A DNA stretch of 64,000 nt from Deltaproteobacteria bacterium (GTDB lineage Bacteria; Desulfobacterota; Syntrophia; Syntrophales; UBA2185): NCBI GenBank assembly GCA_026388545.1, contig JAPLJS010000105.1:2507-66506 (forward strand), written 5' to 3'. A program made the position numbers and the translations under genes. This document shows, piece by piece, positions 48,102 through 58,720 of the stretch (within the stretch, counting starts at the first letter, position 1; every line of letters begins with the position of its first letter). The notes under the pieces are model-generated. The model did not search any database and was not told the origin of the DNA. It saw nothing but the letters and a program-made list of their open reading frames with translations.

Positions 48102-48520
48102 CCCTTGGCCATTTCTTTAACATACCGCATCATCAGTTCATACAGTATTCCCTCCAGCATCTCTTTTTCATTATTATCGAGATTACCCACCGTCTTATTT
48201 TTTATCATGTTCAATATGTCAATAGTTTGTTTTGCTGCAGCAAGATTCCTTTGGGCCTTTTTTGTTACCGGGTCCGGAAAATCGCCGAAATGATACATGA
48301 CGGTTGTGCTTAGTGAAAAAACGAAACTGGAAAAAGTAACGTCAGGTAAATATTCCTCTTGGGCTCTTTCCTGACTCTCTTTTTCCGGGGGTTTTTCCTC
48401 TGTTTTTACATCTGCAATTGTTTCTTCTTTTTTTGACTCTTCCGTGCGGGCTTCCCCGGATTCATCAAAAATACGTTTATCTTTAATTACAAATCCCTTT
48501 TCTTTTTTTTCTTCTTCCAT
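48098..48520 (-). CDS. DUF1844 domain-containing protein
   Basis: An acidic N-terminus, then PDVTFSSFVFSLSTTVMYHFG...NLAAAKQTIDIL..I..KT.GNL...E...LE..LYEL.M.Y. The start at 48520 follows GGTGA. Confidence 0.75.
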   Translation of the reverse strand: MEEEKKEKGFVIKDKRIFDESGEARTEESKKEETIADVKTEEKPPEKESQERAQEEYLPDVTFSSFVFSLSTTVMYHFGDFPDPVTKKAQRNLAAAKQTIDILNMIKNKTVGNLDNNEKEMLEGILYELMMRYVKEMAKG

Positions 48521-48659
48521 ATGTATCACCTTGGTTGAACATTCATACAAGTTACTATCTCAATTCTAGAAGCTTCCCGTTCCGCAGTATAATCTTTCCC
48601 GTCCAGCCGCTTGTTATTCATCCCCTCATCACTCCTGCAAGAGGATGAAAGAGTGGTCT

Positions 48660-49511
48660 TTATAGTAATGGCTTCATGCTTCTCAATCGTGCGATGCGTT
48701 CCTCAATGGGAGGATGGGTACTGAAGAGATTCATGAGAGATTTCCCTGTCAGGGGATTTACAATAAACATATGAGCCGTCGACGGATTTGCATTCATGGG
48801 GATTGCCTGTGATGCCCGTCCCAGTTTTTCAAGGGCGCCTGCAAGACCATAAGGCTTTCCGGATACCTTTGCCCCCCCGGCATCTGCCAAGTATTCCCGG
48901 GATCTGGAAATTGCCATCTGGATAATTGTTGCGGCAATGGGCGCCAGAATTGCCATAAAAATGAGGCCGAAAATACCGCCACCTTCCTCATCGTCACTGC
49001 GGCTTGCTCCACCAAAGATAGCCGCCCATTGGGCCATGTTTGCCAGCATAACGATGGCGCCGGCAAGCGTTGCCGCGATAGAGCCGATAAGCATGTCTTT
49101 ATTTTTGATGTGTGTCAATTCATGGGCGAGAACTCCTTCTAACTCATCTTTATTCAGCATCCGCATGATTCCCTCAGTTACTGCGACAACGGCGTGGTTT
49201 TCATCACGTCCTGTGGCAAAGGCATTGGGGGAATCGCCGGGAACAATGTAGACTTTCGGCATGGGAAGGCCCGCTCTCAAAGCAAGGTCTTTTACCATGG
49301 CGTACAGTTGAGGGGCTTCATTTACTGAGACCTCCCGTGCACTATACATTTTCAAAATCAACTTGTCCGAAAACCAGTACGCTCCAAAGTTAATCACCAT
49401 GGCAAATATAAACGCTATAACAATCCCGCCTTTGCCGCCAAAGTAACCTCCAATTAACATTAAAAGGCCCGTCAGGGCGCCAAGTAATAAACCTGTCTTA
49501 ATGGTGTTCAT
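48660..49511 (-). CDS. htpX: Zinc metalloprotease HtpX
   Basis: 283 aa with TM helices, [10 protein letters not shown] (HExxH), and a downstream E in SREYLAD. Confidence 0.9.
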   Translation of the reverse strand: MNTIKTGLLLGALTGLLMLIGGYFGGKGGIVIAFIFAMVINFGAYWFSDKLILKMYSAREVSVNEAPQLYAMVKDLALRAGLPMPKVYIVPGDSPNAFATGRDENHAVVAVTEGIMRMLNKDELEGVLAHELTHIKNKDMLIGSIAATLAGAIVMLANMAQWAAIFGGASRSDDEEGGGIFGLIFMAILAPIAATIIQMAISRSREYLADAGGAKVSGKPYGLAGALEKLGRASQAIPMNANPSTAHMFIVNPLTGKSLMNLFSTHPPIEERIARLRSMKPLL

Positions 49512-49533
49512 TTAAAACCTCCTTTTTTACTTT

Positions 49534-52122
49534 TTACCTTTTCTCAAAAATCATCTCACTGCTGTCGTTCGAATCAACGATAATGTGGTCTCCTTCAGCA
49601 AACGTTCCCTCCAGAATCTTCATCGCCAGATTGTCCAGGATCAGTTTCTGGAGAGCCCTTTTGAGGGGCCGTGCACCGTAAACCGGGCTGTATCCGGCTT
49701 TAGCTATATAATTTTTTGCATTTTCTGTCAATTCAAGTGTTAATTTGCGTTCTTTAAGTCTTCTCCGTATAAGATCGATCTGAATGTCAATAATATTGTC
49801 GATATCACTTATGGTCAAGGATCTGAAGGTTATAATATCATCTATTCGATTCAGGAATTCCGGTCTGAAGGTGGCTCTGAGCGTCTCCATCGTCCTGGTC
49901 CTTTTTTCTTCATCATTTATGGACAGATCTTGTATCCATTGCCCGCCAATGTTGGACGTCATTATCACAATGGTGTTTTTAAAATCAACGGTCCTGCCGT
50001 GGCCATCGGTCAATCTGCCATCATCAAGTATTTGCAGGAGAATATTGAACACATCCGTATGAGCCTTTTCAATCTCGTCGAAGAGCACTACTGTGTATGG
50101 CCTCCTCCGGACGGACTCGGTGAGGTATCCGCCTTCGTCGTATCCCACATATCCGGGAGGTGCACCGATCAGCCTTGCAACGGAGTGTTTTTCCATATAT
50201 TCGGACATATCAATCCTGATCATAGCCTGTTCATTGTCAAACATGAATTCGGCTAAAGCTCTCGCCAGTTCTGTCTTCCCGACGCCGGTCGGCCCCAGGA
50301 AGATAAAAGAACCGATCGGCCTGTTCGGATCCTGGAGTCCTGAACGTGCTCTTCTTAGGGCGCTGGATACGGCAGCAATACCCTCATCCTGGCCGATAAC
50401 CCTTCTTTTAAGTCTCTCCTCCATATGGATAAGTTTCTGAATATCGCCCTCCAGCATACGTGACAGCGGAATTCCTGTCCAGTTTGCGACAACCTCCGCC
50501 ACGTCTTCTGCATCCACCTCTTCTTTTAACATCTTATTGTCCTTCTGAATTTCGGAGAGCATGGTGTTTTCCTGATCCATCTCCTTGTTCAGTTCGACGA
50601 GCTTTCCGTAGCGAATCTCGGCTGCCCTCGCGAGGTTTCCTTCCCTCTGGGCGCTTAGCTCTTCTGTTTTATATTCCTCAATCTTACTTTTGACTCCCTG
50701 AATTTTCCGGATTATTTCTTTTTCCTTCGCCCAGTGCGTCTTCATTTTTTCCATGGATTCCCTGAGGTCCCTCAGTTCTTTATCAATTTTGTCATGCCTT
50801 TCCCGAGTCGTTTTTTCCAAGTCGTTCTTCAGGGACTGCCGCTCAATTTCAAGTTGTGTTACTTTTCTTTCTATTGTGTCAATCTCAGCCGGCATACTGT
50901 CCAGTTCAATCCGCAGGTGTGAGGCAGCCTCATCAATAAGATCAACTGCCTTATCCGGTAAAAACCTGTCGCTTATATAGCGATTGGAAAGCGTTGCCGC
51001 AGCGATAATCGCAGAATCTTTGATCCTCACCCCGTGGTGTACCTCATACCGTTCTTTCAATCCCCGGAGGATAGCAATCGTATCCTCAACAGAGGGTTCC
51101 CTTACAATGATCGGCTGGAACCTGCGTTCCAACGCGGGATCTTTTTCAATATGCTTCCGGTATTCATTTAAAGTGGTTGCACCTATGCATCGCAACTCCC
51201 CTCTGGCAAGGGCGGGTTTCAGCATATTAGATGCATCGACGGCGCCCTCAGCGGCTCCGGCGCCGACAACCGTGTGAATTTCGTCAATGAAAAGGACAAT
51301 CTCTCCCTGAGCGCTTGTGATTTCTTTGAGTACTGCCTTAAGCCTGTCTTCGAATTCTCCCCGGTATTTTGCGCCTGCCACCAGAGCGCCGATATCAAGG
51401 CCAATAACACGTTTATTTTTCAAGGTCTCCGGTACGTCGCCATTCACAATGCGCTGCGCAAGGCCCTCCACAATGGCCGTTTTACCCACTCCCGGTTCTC
51501 CTATGAGCACGGGATTGTTTTTTGTTCTCCGGGAGAGTACCTGCATAATCCTCCTGATCTCATCATCTCGTCCAATGACGGGGTCAAAAGATCCCTTTCT
51601 GGCAAGTTCATTGAAGTCTCGGGCATAACGTTTCAGTGCCTGATACTTCTCCTCCGGATTCGGGTCGGTAATCCTCTGGCATCCTCTGATTTCCACAAGA
51701 ACCTTGAAAATGTTGTCCTTTGTGATGCCCTTGCCCCGAAGTATCTTCCCGGCTGCTCCCTCCTTTTCATCGGCAATTACGACCAGCATATGCTCGGCGC
51801 TTACATATTCATCATTCAGGCGGGCAGCTTCAACGAGGGCGTTATCCAGCACTTTGTTTAATCTGGGCGTCATGTAGGCCTGGCCGGCACCTGAACCTTC
51901 AACCCTCGGCAATCCCTTCAGAGCCTTTTTGAGTTCATCTTCAATACCTCGGGGCTCCACTCCCAGTTTTTTCAGTATTTCTCCCGTAATGCCTTCCGGC
52001 TGACTCAGGAATGAAAGAAGAAGATGCTCCACGTCGACGGCCTGATGCCCGTATTTATTTGCCAAGGTCTGGGCTTCCTGTATGGCCTCTTGAACCTTTA
52101 ATGTAAATTTGTCGAATCGCAT
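49534..52122 (-). CDS. clpB: ATP-dependent chaperone ClpB
   Basis: 862 aa with two AAA+ modules ([16 protein letters not shown]), a middle coiled-coil domain and a Clp N-domain. Confidence 0.97.
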   Translation of the reverse strand: MRFDKFTLKVQEAIQEAQTLANKYGHQAVDVEHLLLSFLSQPEGITGEILKKLGVEPRGIEDELKKALKGLPRVEGSGAGQAYMTPRLNKVLDNALVEAARLNDEYVSAEHMLVVIADEKEGAAGKILRGKGITKDNIFKVLVEIRGCQRITDPNPEEKYQALKRYARDFNELARKGSFDPVIGRDDEIRRIMQVLSRRTKNNPVLIGEPGVGKTAIVEGLAQRIVNGDVPETLKNKRVIGLDIGALVAGAKYRGEFEDRLKAVLKEITSAQGEIVLFIDEIHTVVGAGAAEGAVDASNMLKPALARGELRCIGATTLNEYRKHIEKDPALERRFQPIIVREPSVEDTIAILRGLKERYEVHHGVRIKDSAIIAAATLSNRYISDRFLPDKAVDLIDEAASHLRIELDSMPAEIDTIERKVTQLEIERQSLKNDLEKTTRERHDKIDKELRDLRESMEKMKTHWAKEKEIIRKIQGVKSKIEEYKTEELSAQREGNLARAAEIRYGKLVELNKEMDQENTMLSEIQKDNKMLKEEVDAEDVAEVVANWTGIPLSRMLEGDIQKLIHMEERLKRRVIGQDEGIAAVSSALRRARSGLQDPNRPIGSFIFLGPTGVGKTELARALAEFMFDNEQAMIRIDMSEYMEKHSVARLIGAPPGYVGYDEGGYLTESVRRRPYTVVLFDEIEKAHTDVFNILLQILDDGRLTDGHGRTVDFKNTIVIMTSNIGGQWIQDLSINDEEKRTRTMETLRATFRPEFLNRIDDIITFRSLTISDIDNIIDIQIDLIRRRLKERKLTLELTENAKNYIAKAGYSPVYGARPLKRALQKLILDNLAMKILEGTFAEGDHIIVDSNDSSEMIFEKR

Positions 52123-52135
52123 AGCGCCCCCACTT

Positions 52136-53005
52136 TTATGGTATTGGCTTCAAGATACTCACGAAAAGGTTTCCACTTTTAAAGACGCTGACGTTTCCCG
52201 TGGATTCAGATATAACAATGGCTATTGCATGGGTGATGCTCGTGATTCCTGCAGCGGCGATATGCCTGCTCCCCAATCCCTGGGGAAAATCCTTGCTTTC
52301 AATTGCCGCGTTGAGGTGCCTTCCCGCGGTCATGATCGCCCCATTGTCCTTTACGATAAATGCACCGTCAATGGCTGAAAATTCTTTAATTGTCTCTAAT
52401 AATTCCGGATTAAGGATGTTTCGCTCTTCTTCAGAGTATCCCATGAAAGGGTTGATGACCATTTGTCTGGAAAGTTGGAGAACCTTTTCGTGGTCCCCAA
52501 GAATAAAAATAGTTCCAACTTTTCTCCCTTCTCTTCCCTGGGCAGCCAGTTCAAGTGCTATATTGAGGGCCGCGCTGAATACTTCCGGGTAGACCCCCTG
52601 GATGAGATCAGTGATATTCTGAGATGTTAAAACTTCAAATTCCCTGCCGACATCGATCATAAAGATGCTGTCCACATATCCAAGCCTAGGAAGACCACTC
52701 AGGCAGACCAGCGTGTCATCTTTTTTGAAAAGGCCTGTGGCAATACCCTTGGTGATGGCTATTTTTATTTGGCCAACCCGCGACAGGTTTACACGGGGGA
52801 CGTTAATGATTGTTCCCAACTGTTTAAATTTTTCTGGTATTTCTTCGTCGCCTTTCGTAACCAGAATGAGATCAAAACATGGTTTTTCATTTTCCGCAAT
52901 GGGCAGTTCCGCAGCCGCCTCAGCATAGAGCATGAGGGCCTTTGCCTTGATTTCTGTGGCAATGCGACAGGCATGCTCGAGAATGACCCTGTTGGCTTCT
53001 TTCAT
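52136..53005 (-). CDS. DAC (DisA_N) domain protein, putative diadenylate cyclase with an uncharacterised N-terminal domain
   Basis: The C-terminal half reads GTIFILGD...[19 protein letters not shown]....[29 protein letters not shown]. These are the DGA and RH(x)AA motifs of c-di-AMP synthases. The N-terminal roughly 120 aa resembles the pyruvate-kinase-C-like domain of DacZ-type cyclases, from memory. Confidence 0.75.
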   Translation of the reverse strand: MKEANRVILEHACRIATEIKAKALMLYAEAAAELPIAENEKPCFDLILVTKGDEEIPEKFKQLGTIINVPRVNLSRVGQIKIAITKGIATGLFKKDDTLVCLSGLPRLGYVDSIFMIDVGREFEVLTSQNITDLIQGVYPEVFSAALNIALELAAQGREGRKVGTIFILGDHEKVLQLSRQMVINPFMGYSEEERNILNPELLETIKEFSAIDGAFIVKDNGAIMTAGRHLNAAIESKDFPQGLGSRHIAAAGITSITHAIAIVISESTGNVSVFKSGNLFVSILKPIP

Positions 53006-53213
53006 GAAGTTTATCTCCTTGCTGCTGTTTGTTCAACCCCTCTTGCAGGAATTCTTAACTGTACCGGTTTCATCAATCATAAGATTTTTGCATAAAGTAA
53101 CAATAGATTAGGTGGATGTCAAGGCATGTGACTGTTCGTTAATAACTTACGTGAAAAATATTGACTAGATGATTGACATCATAATAGTATACAAAGATTA
53201 TAAATTATCGAAC

Positions 53214-54089
53214 ATGGAGGAGTGTTCATTGGAACTGCCATCGGTAACCAGTACCCTTGACATATACATAGCACAGATCAATCGCTTTCCCTTGTTGAGC
53301 GCGGATGAAGAATTCAAATTAGCGGTCAAGTTTAAAAAGTATAACGATGTAGCGGCAGCCGAGAAACTGGTCGTTTCGAATTTAAGGTTTGTCGTCAAGA
53401 TTGCCCATGAATATAGAAATTACGGGATGAAACTGGCCGATCTGATTCAGGAGGGGAATATCGGTCTCATGCATGCCGTGAAAAAGTTTGATCCCTATAA
53501 GGGCTACAGGCTTATATCCTATGCAGTATGGTGGATCAGGGCATATATCCAGAATTTCATTATCAAATCCTGGAGTCTTGTAAAAATCGGGACCACGCAG
53601 GCGCAGAGGAAACTCTTTTTCAAGCTGAGTCAGGCCAAGAAGAGACTTGAGACCCTTTCCCAGAAGAACCCTGAATTCGCGGAAATCGCAGAATCTCTGG
53701 GGGTTAAGGAACACGAGATTGAAGAAATGGATCTCCGGATGAGTCACCGTGATCTTTCACTTGACGCATACATCAATGATGAAGGCGAGACGGCTCATCT
53801 CGATCATCTGACCTATGCAGGCGAGAATCAGGAAATGGCCCTGATCAAGAAAGAAGAGATGGATCTGGTGAAGCGAAATATCGCCGGCGCGCTTACCAAC
53901 CTTAACGAAAGGGAGAGCTATATCGTCAAGCATCGCATAATGACGGACGCTCCGATAACCCTTCAGGAAATCGGTAACAAATACAACATTACACGGGAAC
54001 GTGCCAGACAGATAGAAAAGCAGGCCCTCAAAAAACTGAGACTGGCGATTCCGTATTTAGGAAAAGAGCCGGCGTTGCTGGAGGCATGA
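53214..54089 (+). CDS. rpoH: RNA polymerase sigma-32 factor RpoH
   Basis: Sigma-70 regions 2-4 (DLIQEGNIGLM.AV.KFD, YAVWWIRA) plus the RpoH box QAQRKLFFKL. The start is uncertain: ATG 53169, ATG 53214, or TTG 53229, which has the best SD (GGAGGAG). Confidence 0.85.
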   Translation: MEECSLELPSVTSTLDIYIAQINRFPLLSADEEFKLAVKFKKYNDVAAAEKLVVSNLRFVVKIAHEYRNYGMKLADLIQEGNIGLMHAVKKFDPYKGYRLISYAVWWIRAYIQNFIIKSWSLVKIGTTQAQRKLFFKLSQAKKRLETLSQKNPEFAEIAESLGVKEHEIEEMDLRMSHRDLSLDAYINDEGETAHLDHLTYAGENQEMALIKKEEMDLVKRNIAGALTNLNERESYIVKHRIMTDAPITLQEIGNKYNITRERARQIEKQALKKLRLAIPYLGKEPALLEA

Positions 54090-54247
54090 ATTTTAATAGT
54101 CCATATTCGATCGGACAGAATCCTTCTTCACTATCAGTATTCATCCTTATAATTCGAAGACATCGAGGAGGCTAACGGCTATGGGGGATACATGGAGAAA
54201 TCCGAGAGGACGATCTTGAACCCCACGACTAATGTTATCCAATGCAC

Positions 54248-55621
54248 CTACGAACCCATATCAATCCCTCTGGCGAGGTTTTCAAAGCGTGCGAACTTGT
54301 CCTGAAACGCCAGTTTAACCATACCCGTCGGCCCGTTTCTTTGCTTGCCGATAATGATCTCAGCCATACCTTTCTCAGGATTTTCCTCCGACTTGTCGTA
54401 GACCTCATCCCTGTAAATGAAGGCGATTAAGTCTGCATCCTGTTCGATGGCTCCTGAATCCCTCAGATCCGCCATTTGCGGACGCTTGTTGGTCCTGTCT
54501 TCCAACTTCCGGTTCAACTGGGAAAGTGCGATAACCGGGACCCTCAATTCCTTTGCGAGGGCCTTCAGTGACCGGCTGATTTCCGATATCTCCTGCTCTC
54601 TCGATGTTTCCCTGTAACTGCCGCTTCTCATGAGTTGCAGGTAATCAAGGATGATCAAACCAAGGTCAACCTCGGATTTCAGCCGCCGTGCCTTTGCTTT
54701 CATTTCTAAAGCGGAGATTGCCGATGAATCGTCAATAAATATCTGTGCCTCGGAAAGCCTTCCGGCTGCGGCAATCAATCTCGGCCAATCCGCCTCTCCA
54801 AGGAACCCCCTTCTAATTCTTTGAGAATCAACCCTCGCCTCTGCGGAAAGCATGCGAAGGGCAAGTTGTTCTTTCGACATTTCCAGAGAAAAAATTGCAA
54901 CGGGTGTATTCGCTTCGAGCGCTGCATATTGAGCAATATTCAGGGCAAAAGCGGTTTTCCCCATGCTTGGACGGCCTGCTATGATGATCAAATCGGATTT
55001 CTGCAATCCGGAGGTTATATCGTCGATTTTTTCATAACCTGTGGGGACACCCGTGACAAGTTCTTTCCTCTCGTATAACTTTTCAATGGTTTTGACGCTT
55101 TCCTTGATGATGTCTTTGAAAGGGCTGAACGCAGGTCTAATTTTATTTTCGGATATTTCAAATATGGCATGTTCCGCTTCGTCGAGGACTGTATCGATAT
55201 CTGCCGCTGAGTTGTAACTCTTGTTTAAAATTTCTGTGGCTGTGCCGATGAGCCTGCGAAGAATGGCCTTTTCCTTCACGATCTTCGAGTAATGGGAAAT
55301 GTTGGCTGCTGACGGGACATTGTCTGCAAGAGAAGATAAATACGACACCCCTCCGGTTTGATCAAGCTGATTCTTGCTTTTTAAGATATTGCTTAACGTG
55401 ATGAGGTCGCTCGGTTCATTTTTGTCATACAGCTCGACGATCGCAGCGAATATTTTGCGGTGGGCTTCGCTGTAGAAAGCATCGGCATCAAGTATTTCCA
55501 GAACACTGTTCAGCGCCTGGTTATCGAGCAGAATTCCTCCGATCACAGACTGCTCAGCTTCCAGGTTCTGGGGAGGTACTTTATGCAAAGAGGTGTCGAT
55601 ATCTTTCATGAGATGTTTCAC
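54248..55621 (-). CDS. dnaB: Replicative DNA helicase DnaB
   Basis: PPQNLEAEQSVIGGILL; Walker A GRPSMGKT; IIDYLQLM. Confidence 0.95.
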   Translation of the reverse strand: MKHLMKDIDTSLHKVPPQNLEAEQSVIGGILLDNQALNSVLEILDADAFYSEAHRKIFAAIVELYDKNEPSDLITLSNILKSKNQLDQTGGVSYLSSLADNVPSAANISHYSKIVKEKAILRRLIGTATEILNKSYNSAADIDTVLDEAEHAIFEISENKIRPAFSPFKDIIKESVKTIEKLYERKELVTGVPTGYEKIDDITSGLQKSDLIIIAGRPSMGKTAFALNIAQYAALEANTPVAIFSLEMSKEQLALRMLSAEARVDSQRIRRGFLGEADWPRLIAAAGRLSEAQIFIDDSSAISALEMKAKARRLKSEVDLGLIILDYLQLMRSGSYRETSREQEISEISRSLKALAKELRVPVIALSQLNRKLEDRTNKRPQMADLRDSGAIEQDADLIAFIYRDEVYDKSEENPEKGMAEIIIGKQRNGPTGMVKLAFQDKFARFENLARGIDMGS

Positions 55622-56064
55622 GCCTCGCCAACAACCGTAATCTTAATCTCTGTCATCACTCCGGCCTGAAGTTTAATCTTGACGGGAAATTCGCCGAGAG
55701 ACCTGATGGGTTCTTCAAGGAGTATCATTTTTCTATTGATCGCTACTCCCTGTTCGACGAGGGACTCCTCAATATCTTTTGTGGTGACAGATCCGAATAA
55801 CTTGTCCTGTTCTCCGACACGCCGGGAGAGGGTACAGGTCACACCTTTGAGTTTTTCAATCATCGATTCGGCTTTCTTCTTTTCACTTTCGATCTTCTGC
55901 AGTATATGCTTTTTTTCGTGTTCCGAGGCCTTAAGAGACCAGCTGCTCGCTTCAACTGCGAGTCCCTTGGGAACCAGATAGTTCCTTGCATAACCGTCTG
56001 CAACTTTCACTGTGTCTCCGGCTTTTCCCAGAGATTCCATATTTACTTTCAATATAACCTTCAT
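55618..56064 (-). CDS. rplI: 50S ribosomal protein L9
   Basis: MKVILKVNMESLGKAGDTVKVADGYARNYL.PKGLA. Confidence 0.95.
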   Translation of the reverse strand: MKVILKVNMESLGKAGDTVKVADGYARNYLVPKGLAVEASSWSLKASEHEKKHILQKIESEKKKAESMIEKLKGVTCTLSRRVGEQDKLFGSVTTKDIEESLVEQGVAINRKMILLEEPIRSLGEFPVKIKLQAGVMTEIKITVVGEA

Positions 56065-56123
56065 AAAATTCTCCTTATTAAATCAAATATTTCACTGTAA
56101 TTCCTTAGTTTTGAAAATCATCT

Positions 56124-57089
56124 TTATGGTGAGGGCTCTGCAATCGGCTTAATGTATTTTCTAAAATCAACCCATAGATCAAACACACCGACAGCAATTA
56201 CGAGCATGATGATAAATTGTTGAGCAAAAATAAGAAAATAACATGGCATCCTGAAAATTCTGTGAACGTTTTTCGTTTTGAATATAAAACTTACAATTGA
56301 CAGACCCTGAAGCAGATATACAAACAGACAAATAATCAGAAGATTAAGGCCGAGAAACATTACCCCTTCTACGGGCATTAAAAGCATTCCCCCACTAGCT
56401 AAAAGAAACCATATCAGTTTTTCCGGCGCCTTCCAACGCGAAAGATCGCCAAAATCGGGATACGGCACCCCGTTTTTTTGAAATATCTCCCTTGCTGCCA
56501 GTGTATTTATCCATACTGTGAATAATGCACTTACCAGGACAAGAGCAGGAAAAATGTTTGTAAAAAAATGGGTGATCTGTTTAAAATTGTCTCTGATTAG
56601 GTCGATCTGTTCCGCTGGTATATCCAGTTGAGCATAGAATTGTATGCTTTCTTGAATGTTTTTCCCTATAAAATCCTCCAGAAAAAGCAACGGTTGTTTT
56701 CCCGAGATGAGACTTTGATAGATGATAAAAGAACACCATAGTATTAAGAGCACCATGCCCGGATAAATAACAGTTCTTTCGATAGAATAATTCTTACGAA
56801 AGATTTCTGAAAGGATCACTCCCGAACACCCTGATATAAACAAGAAAGGGAGATTTATTATTGAACCGAATACTATCAGGATTATGGCGACCACAAACAG
56901 AGACACAATGAAAATTGTCAATCCCTGTATCCTGCCTGTTTTCGAATAATAATAGAGAATTGGCAGGGGTGTGAGGATAATAAAGAAAGCACCTACTATG
57001 GGAATCAGCGATGCAGCAAGAAAGGCCAGGGAGGATACGGCTATACCCGTGTATAGATTATTAAAAAATGCACCCCTTTCTTCTCTCAA
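56124..57089 (-). CDS. DUF2232 (YybS-like) integral membrane protein
   Basis: 321 aa polytopic protein. Its position between rpsR and rplI mirrors yybS in Firmicutes. Confidence 0.7.
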   Translation of the reverse strand: MREERGAFFNNLYTGIAVSSLAFLAASLIPIVGAFFIILTPLPILYYYSKTGRIQGLTIFIVSLFVVAIILIVFGSIINLPFLFISGCSGVILSEIFRKNYSIERTVIYPGMVLLILWCSFIIYQSLISGKQPLLFLEDFIGKNIQESIQFYAQLDIPAEQIDLIRDNFKQITHFFTNIFPALVLVSALFTVWINTLAAREIFQKNGVPYPDFGDLSRWKAPEKLIWFLLASGGMLLMPVEGVMFLGLNLLIICLFVYLLQGLSIVSFIFKTKNVHRIFRMPCYFLIFAQQFIIMLVIAVGVFDLWVDFRKYIKPIAEPSP

Positions 57090-57139
57090 ATTCTGAATCC
57101 GTCAATATCTGTTTGAACAAGGCGTCATAGAAATTCATA

Positions 57140-57418
57140 TTACCACTCGGAAACAACAAAAGGCAAGAGTGCAATTGTCCTTCCCCTTTTTATGGCCACG
57201 GTAACCTCTCTTTGATGCTTCGCGCAATTTCCAGTGATTCTCCTGGGTATAATCTTGCCCCTATCGGTTATATAATCCTTTAAGATAAGGGGCTCTTTAT
57301 ATTCAATTTTAATTTCCGAATCCGTACAAAATCGACAAAATTTCCTTTTGTGGTAGAATTTCTTTTGCGGTTTTGAGTCGGTTCTTGGAGTCCTTGTGTC
57401 TCTTGATGGTATTGGCAT
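57140..57418 (-). CDS. rpsR: 30S ribosomal protein S18
   Basis: KFCRFC......I.YK....L..YI...GKI.PRR.TG.CAKHQR....AIKR.R..ALLPF. Confidence 0.95.
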   Translation of the reverse strand: MPIPSRDTRTPRTDSKPQKKFYHKRKFCRFCTDSEIKIEYKEPLILKDYITDRGKIIPRRITGNCAKHQREVTVAIKRGRTIALLPFVVSEW

Positions 57419-57454
57419 TTCTGATACTTTTCTCCCTTCGTTTCCTCTTTATGT

Positions 57455-57892
57455 TTAAATGGATTCAGATGACGTGGAATCTTTGACTCTTTCAATCTCC
57501 ATACTTTTCACAGGAGTTTCCGGGCTTTCCACTTTCAGCGCCACACGCGGCGTATCCGTCGGTACTTCTCCCAGTTTTTCTTTTTCTATCTTCGCCAGGT
57601 CAACTTTATCATCCTTCAATATTGTCATGAATTTCAAAACTTTGTCATCGATTTTGAAATTTCTTTCCATTTCCTCGATGACGGCGCTTTTTCCTACAAA
57701 ATCAATGAGGATATAGTATCCGTTTGTTTGTTTTCTGATTTCGTAGGCTAATTTTCTTTTGCCCCATTTTTCGGTTTTAACGACAGTGCCCTTGAAAGCT
57801 GTTATGATTGAGCTGTATCGTTCAATGAGATTGCTGAGTTCGTCGTCGGGTAGGTCAACTTGGACAATAAACAGGGTTTCGTATCTTCTCAA
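57455..57892 (-). CDS. rpsF: 30S ribosomal protein S6
   Basis: TTG start 7 nt after GAGGAGG. MRRYETLFIV......E.........I......G.V....KWGKRKLAYEI.K...GYY. Confidence 0.9.
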   Translation of the reverse strand: MRRYETLFIVQVDLPDDELSNLIERYSSIITAFKGTVVKTEKWGKRKLAYEIRKQTNGYYILIDFVGKSAVIEEMERNFKIDDKVLKFMTILKDDKVDLAKIEKEKLGEVPTDTPRVALKVESPETPVKSMEIERVKDSTSSESI

Positions 57893-58299
57893 CTTTGTAC
57901 CTCCTCATGGCTCTAAAGTCCGAACTGTCAGTTCGAACAAGGAGTCCTGTATTTAATTTTAAATGGACTTGTCTTGTATACTATCCTTTTTACAAAATCA
58001 AGATTTTTATATAATAACCAATGTCCCCCCTCTTTTCTAATGAGGGGTTGGGGGAGAGTTTACAGAATACACTTAAAATCCTCCTGAATCCCCCTTTACA
58101 AAGGGGGACTTGAAAGAAATAATATTCTCAAGTCAATGACATTGTTATAATAACTGTAACATATAGATCCATCTGCAGTTTTTAATCCTTTGTCATTCCC
58201 GCCCCCGACAAGGGCATTCGAGGGCAGGCGGGAGCGGGAATCCATAGATTCTGTGTTCCTCATGAAATGACATTTAGCGCCTTTCAGCTTACTGCGACT

Positions 58300-58720
58300 T
58301 GAAACGATGATCGGTGCCGGTGAGAACCGATTCTTCTGCCTTAAAATGCAGGCGGGATAGCCTCTGATGTGCCTGCGAGCTGATGTGAGCATGTCGGCAC
58401 TGAAGCCGTGATCTTTCTTGCCAAGAGCTCACTTGATGAACTCACGAGTCGCACCAACGATTACCTGCATCCATTTTGAACAGAGTAAAGAGCGGAAAGA
58501 CGGCTTCCATACCCGTACAAACATTTCAACTGGCTCAGAGCGAATTGGAAGTGAAGGTATCTATGCGGGTAAATAAGATAACGATATTACCTACACTTTG
58601 CATATTTCAAAGCACACAGTCAGGTCAAACATCAAAAATATTTATCGAAAGCTCGGCGTTTCCTCAAAATACCAGCGTGGCACCAAGGCTGTACAACGGG
58701 GAATAATTCATAAAATTTAA
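58300..58720 (+). pseudogene. Decayed NarL/FixJ-type response regulator
   Basis: Fragments appear in three frames with in-frame stops: EPILLP*NAGGIASDV (receiver DLILLD.MPG.DG region), TEAVIFLAKSSLDELTSRTNDYLHPF* (PVI.LTA....AL.AGA.DYL.KPF), LAQSELEV, and ISKHTVRSNIKNIYRKLGVSSK...AVQRGII (LuxR/GerE HTH). Confidence 0.6.

Noticed and set aside
49784-51861. Multiple + strand ORFs (up to 195 aa) opposite clpB
   Set aside because: They are antisense to an unambiguous ClpB gene.
53006-53168. Search for a sigma-32 heat-shock promoter upstream of the DAC-clpB-htpX block
   Set aside because: CTTGACA is present on the - strand, but no properly spaced CCCCAT-like -10 element is, so I did not call a sigma-32 promoter.
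58096-58392. 98-aa - strand ORF
   Set aside because: It spans REP-like hairpins and the decayed response-regulator region. It has no SD and a nonsense-like composition.
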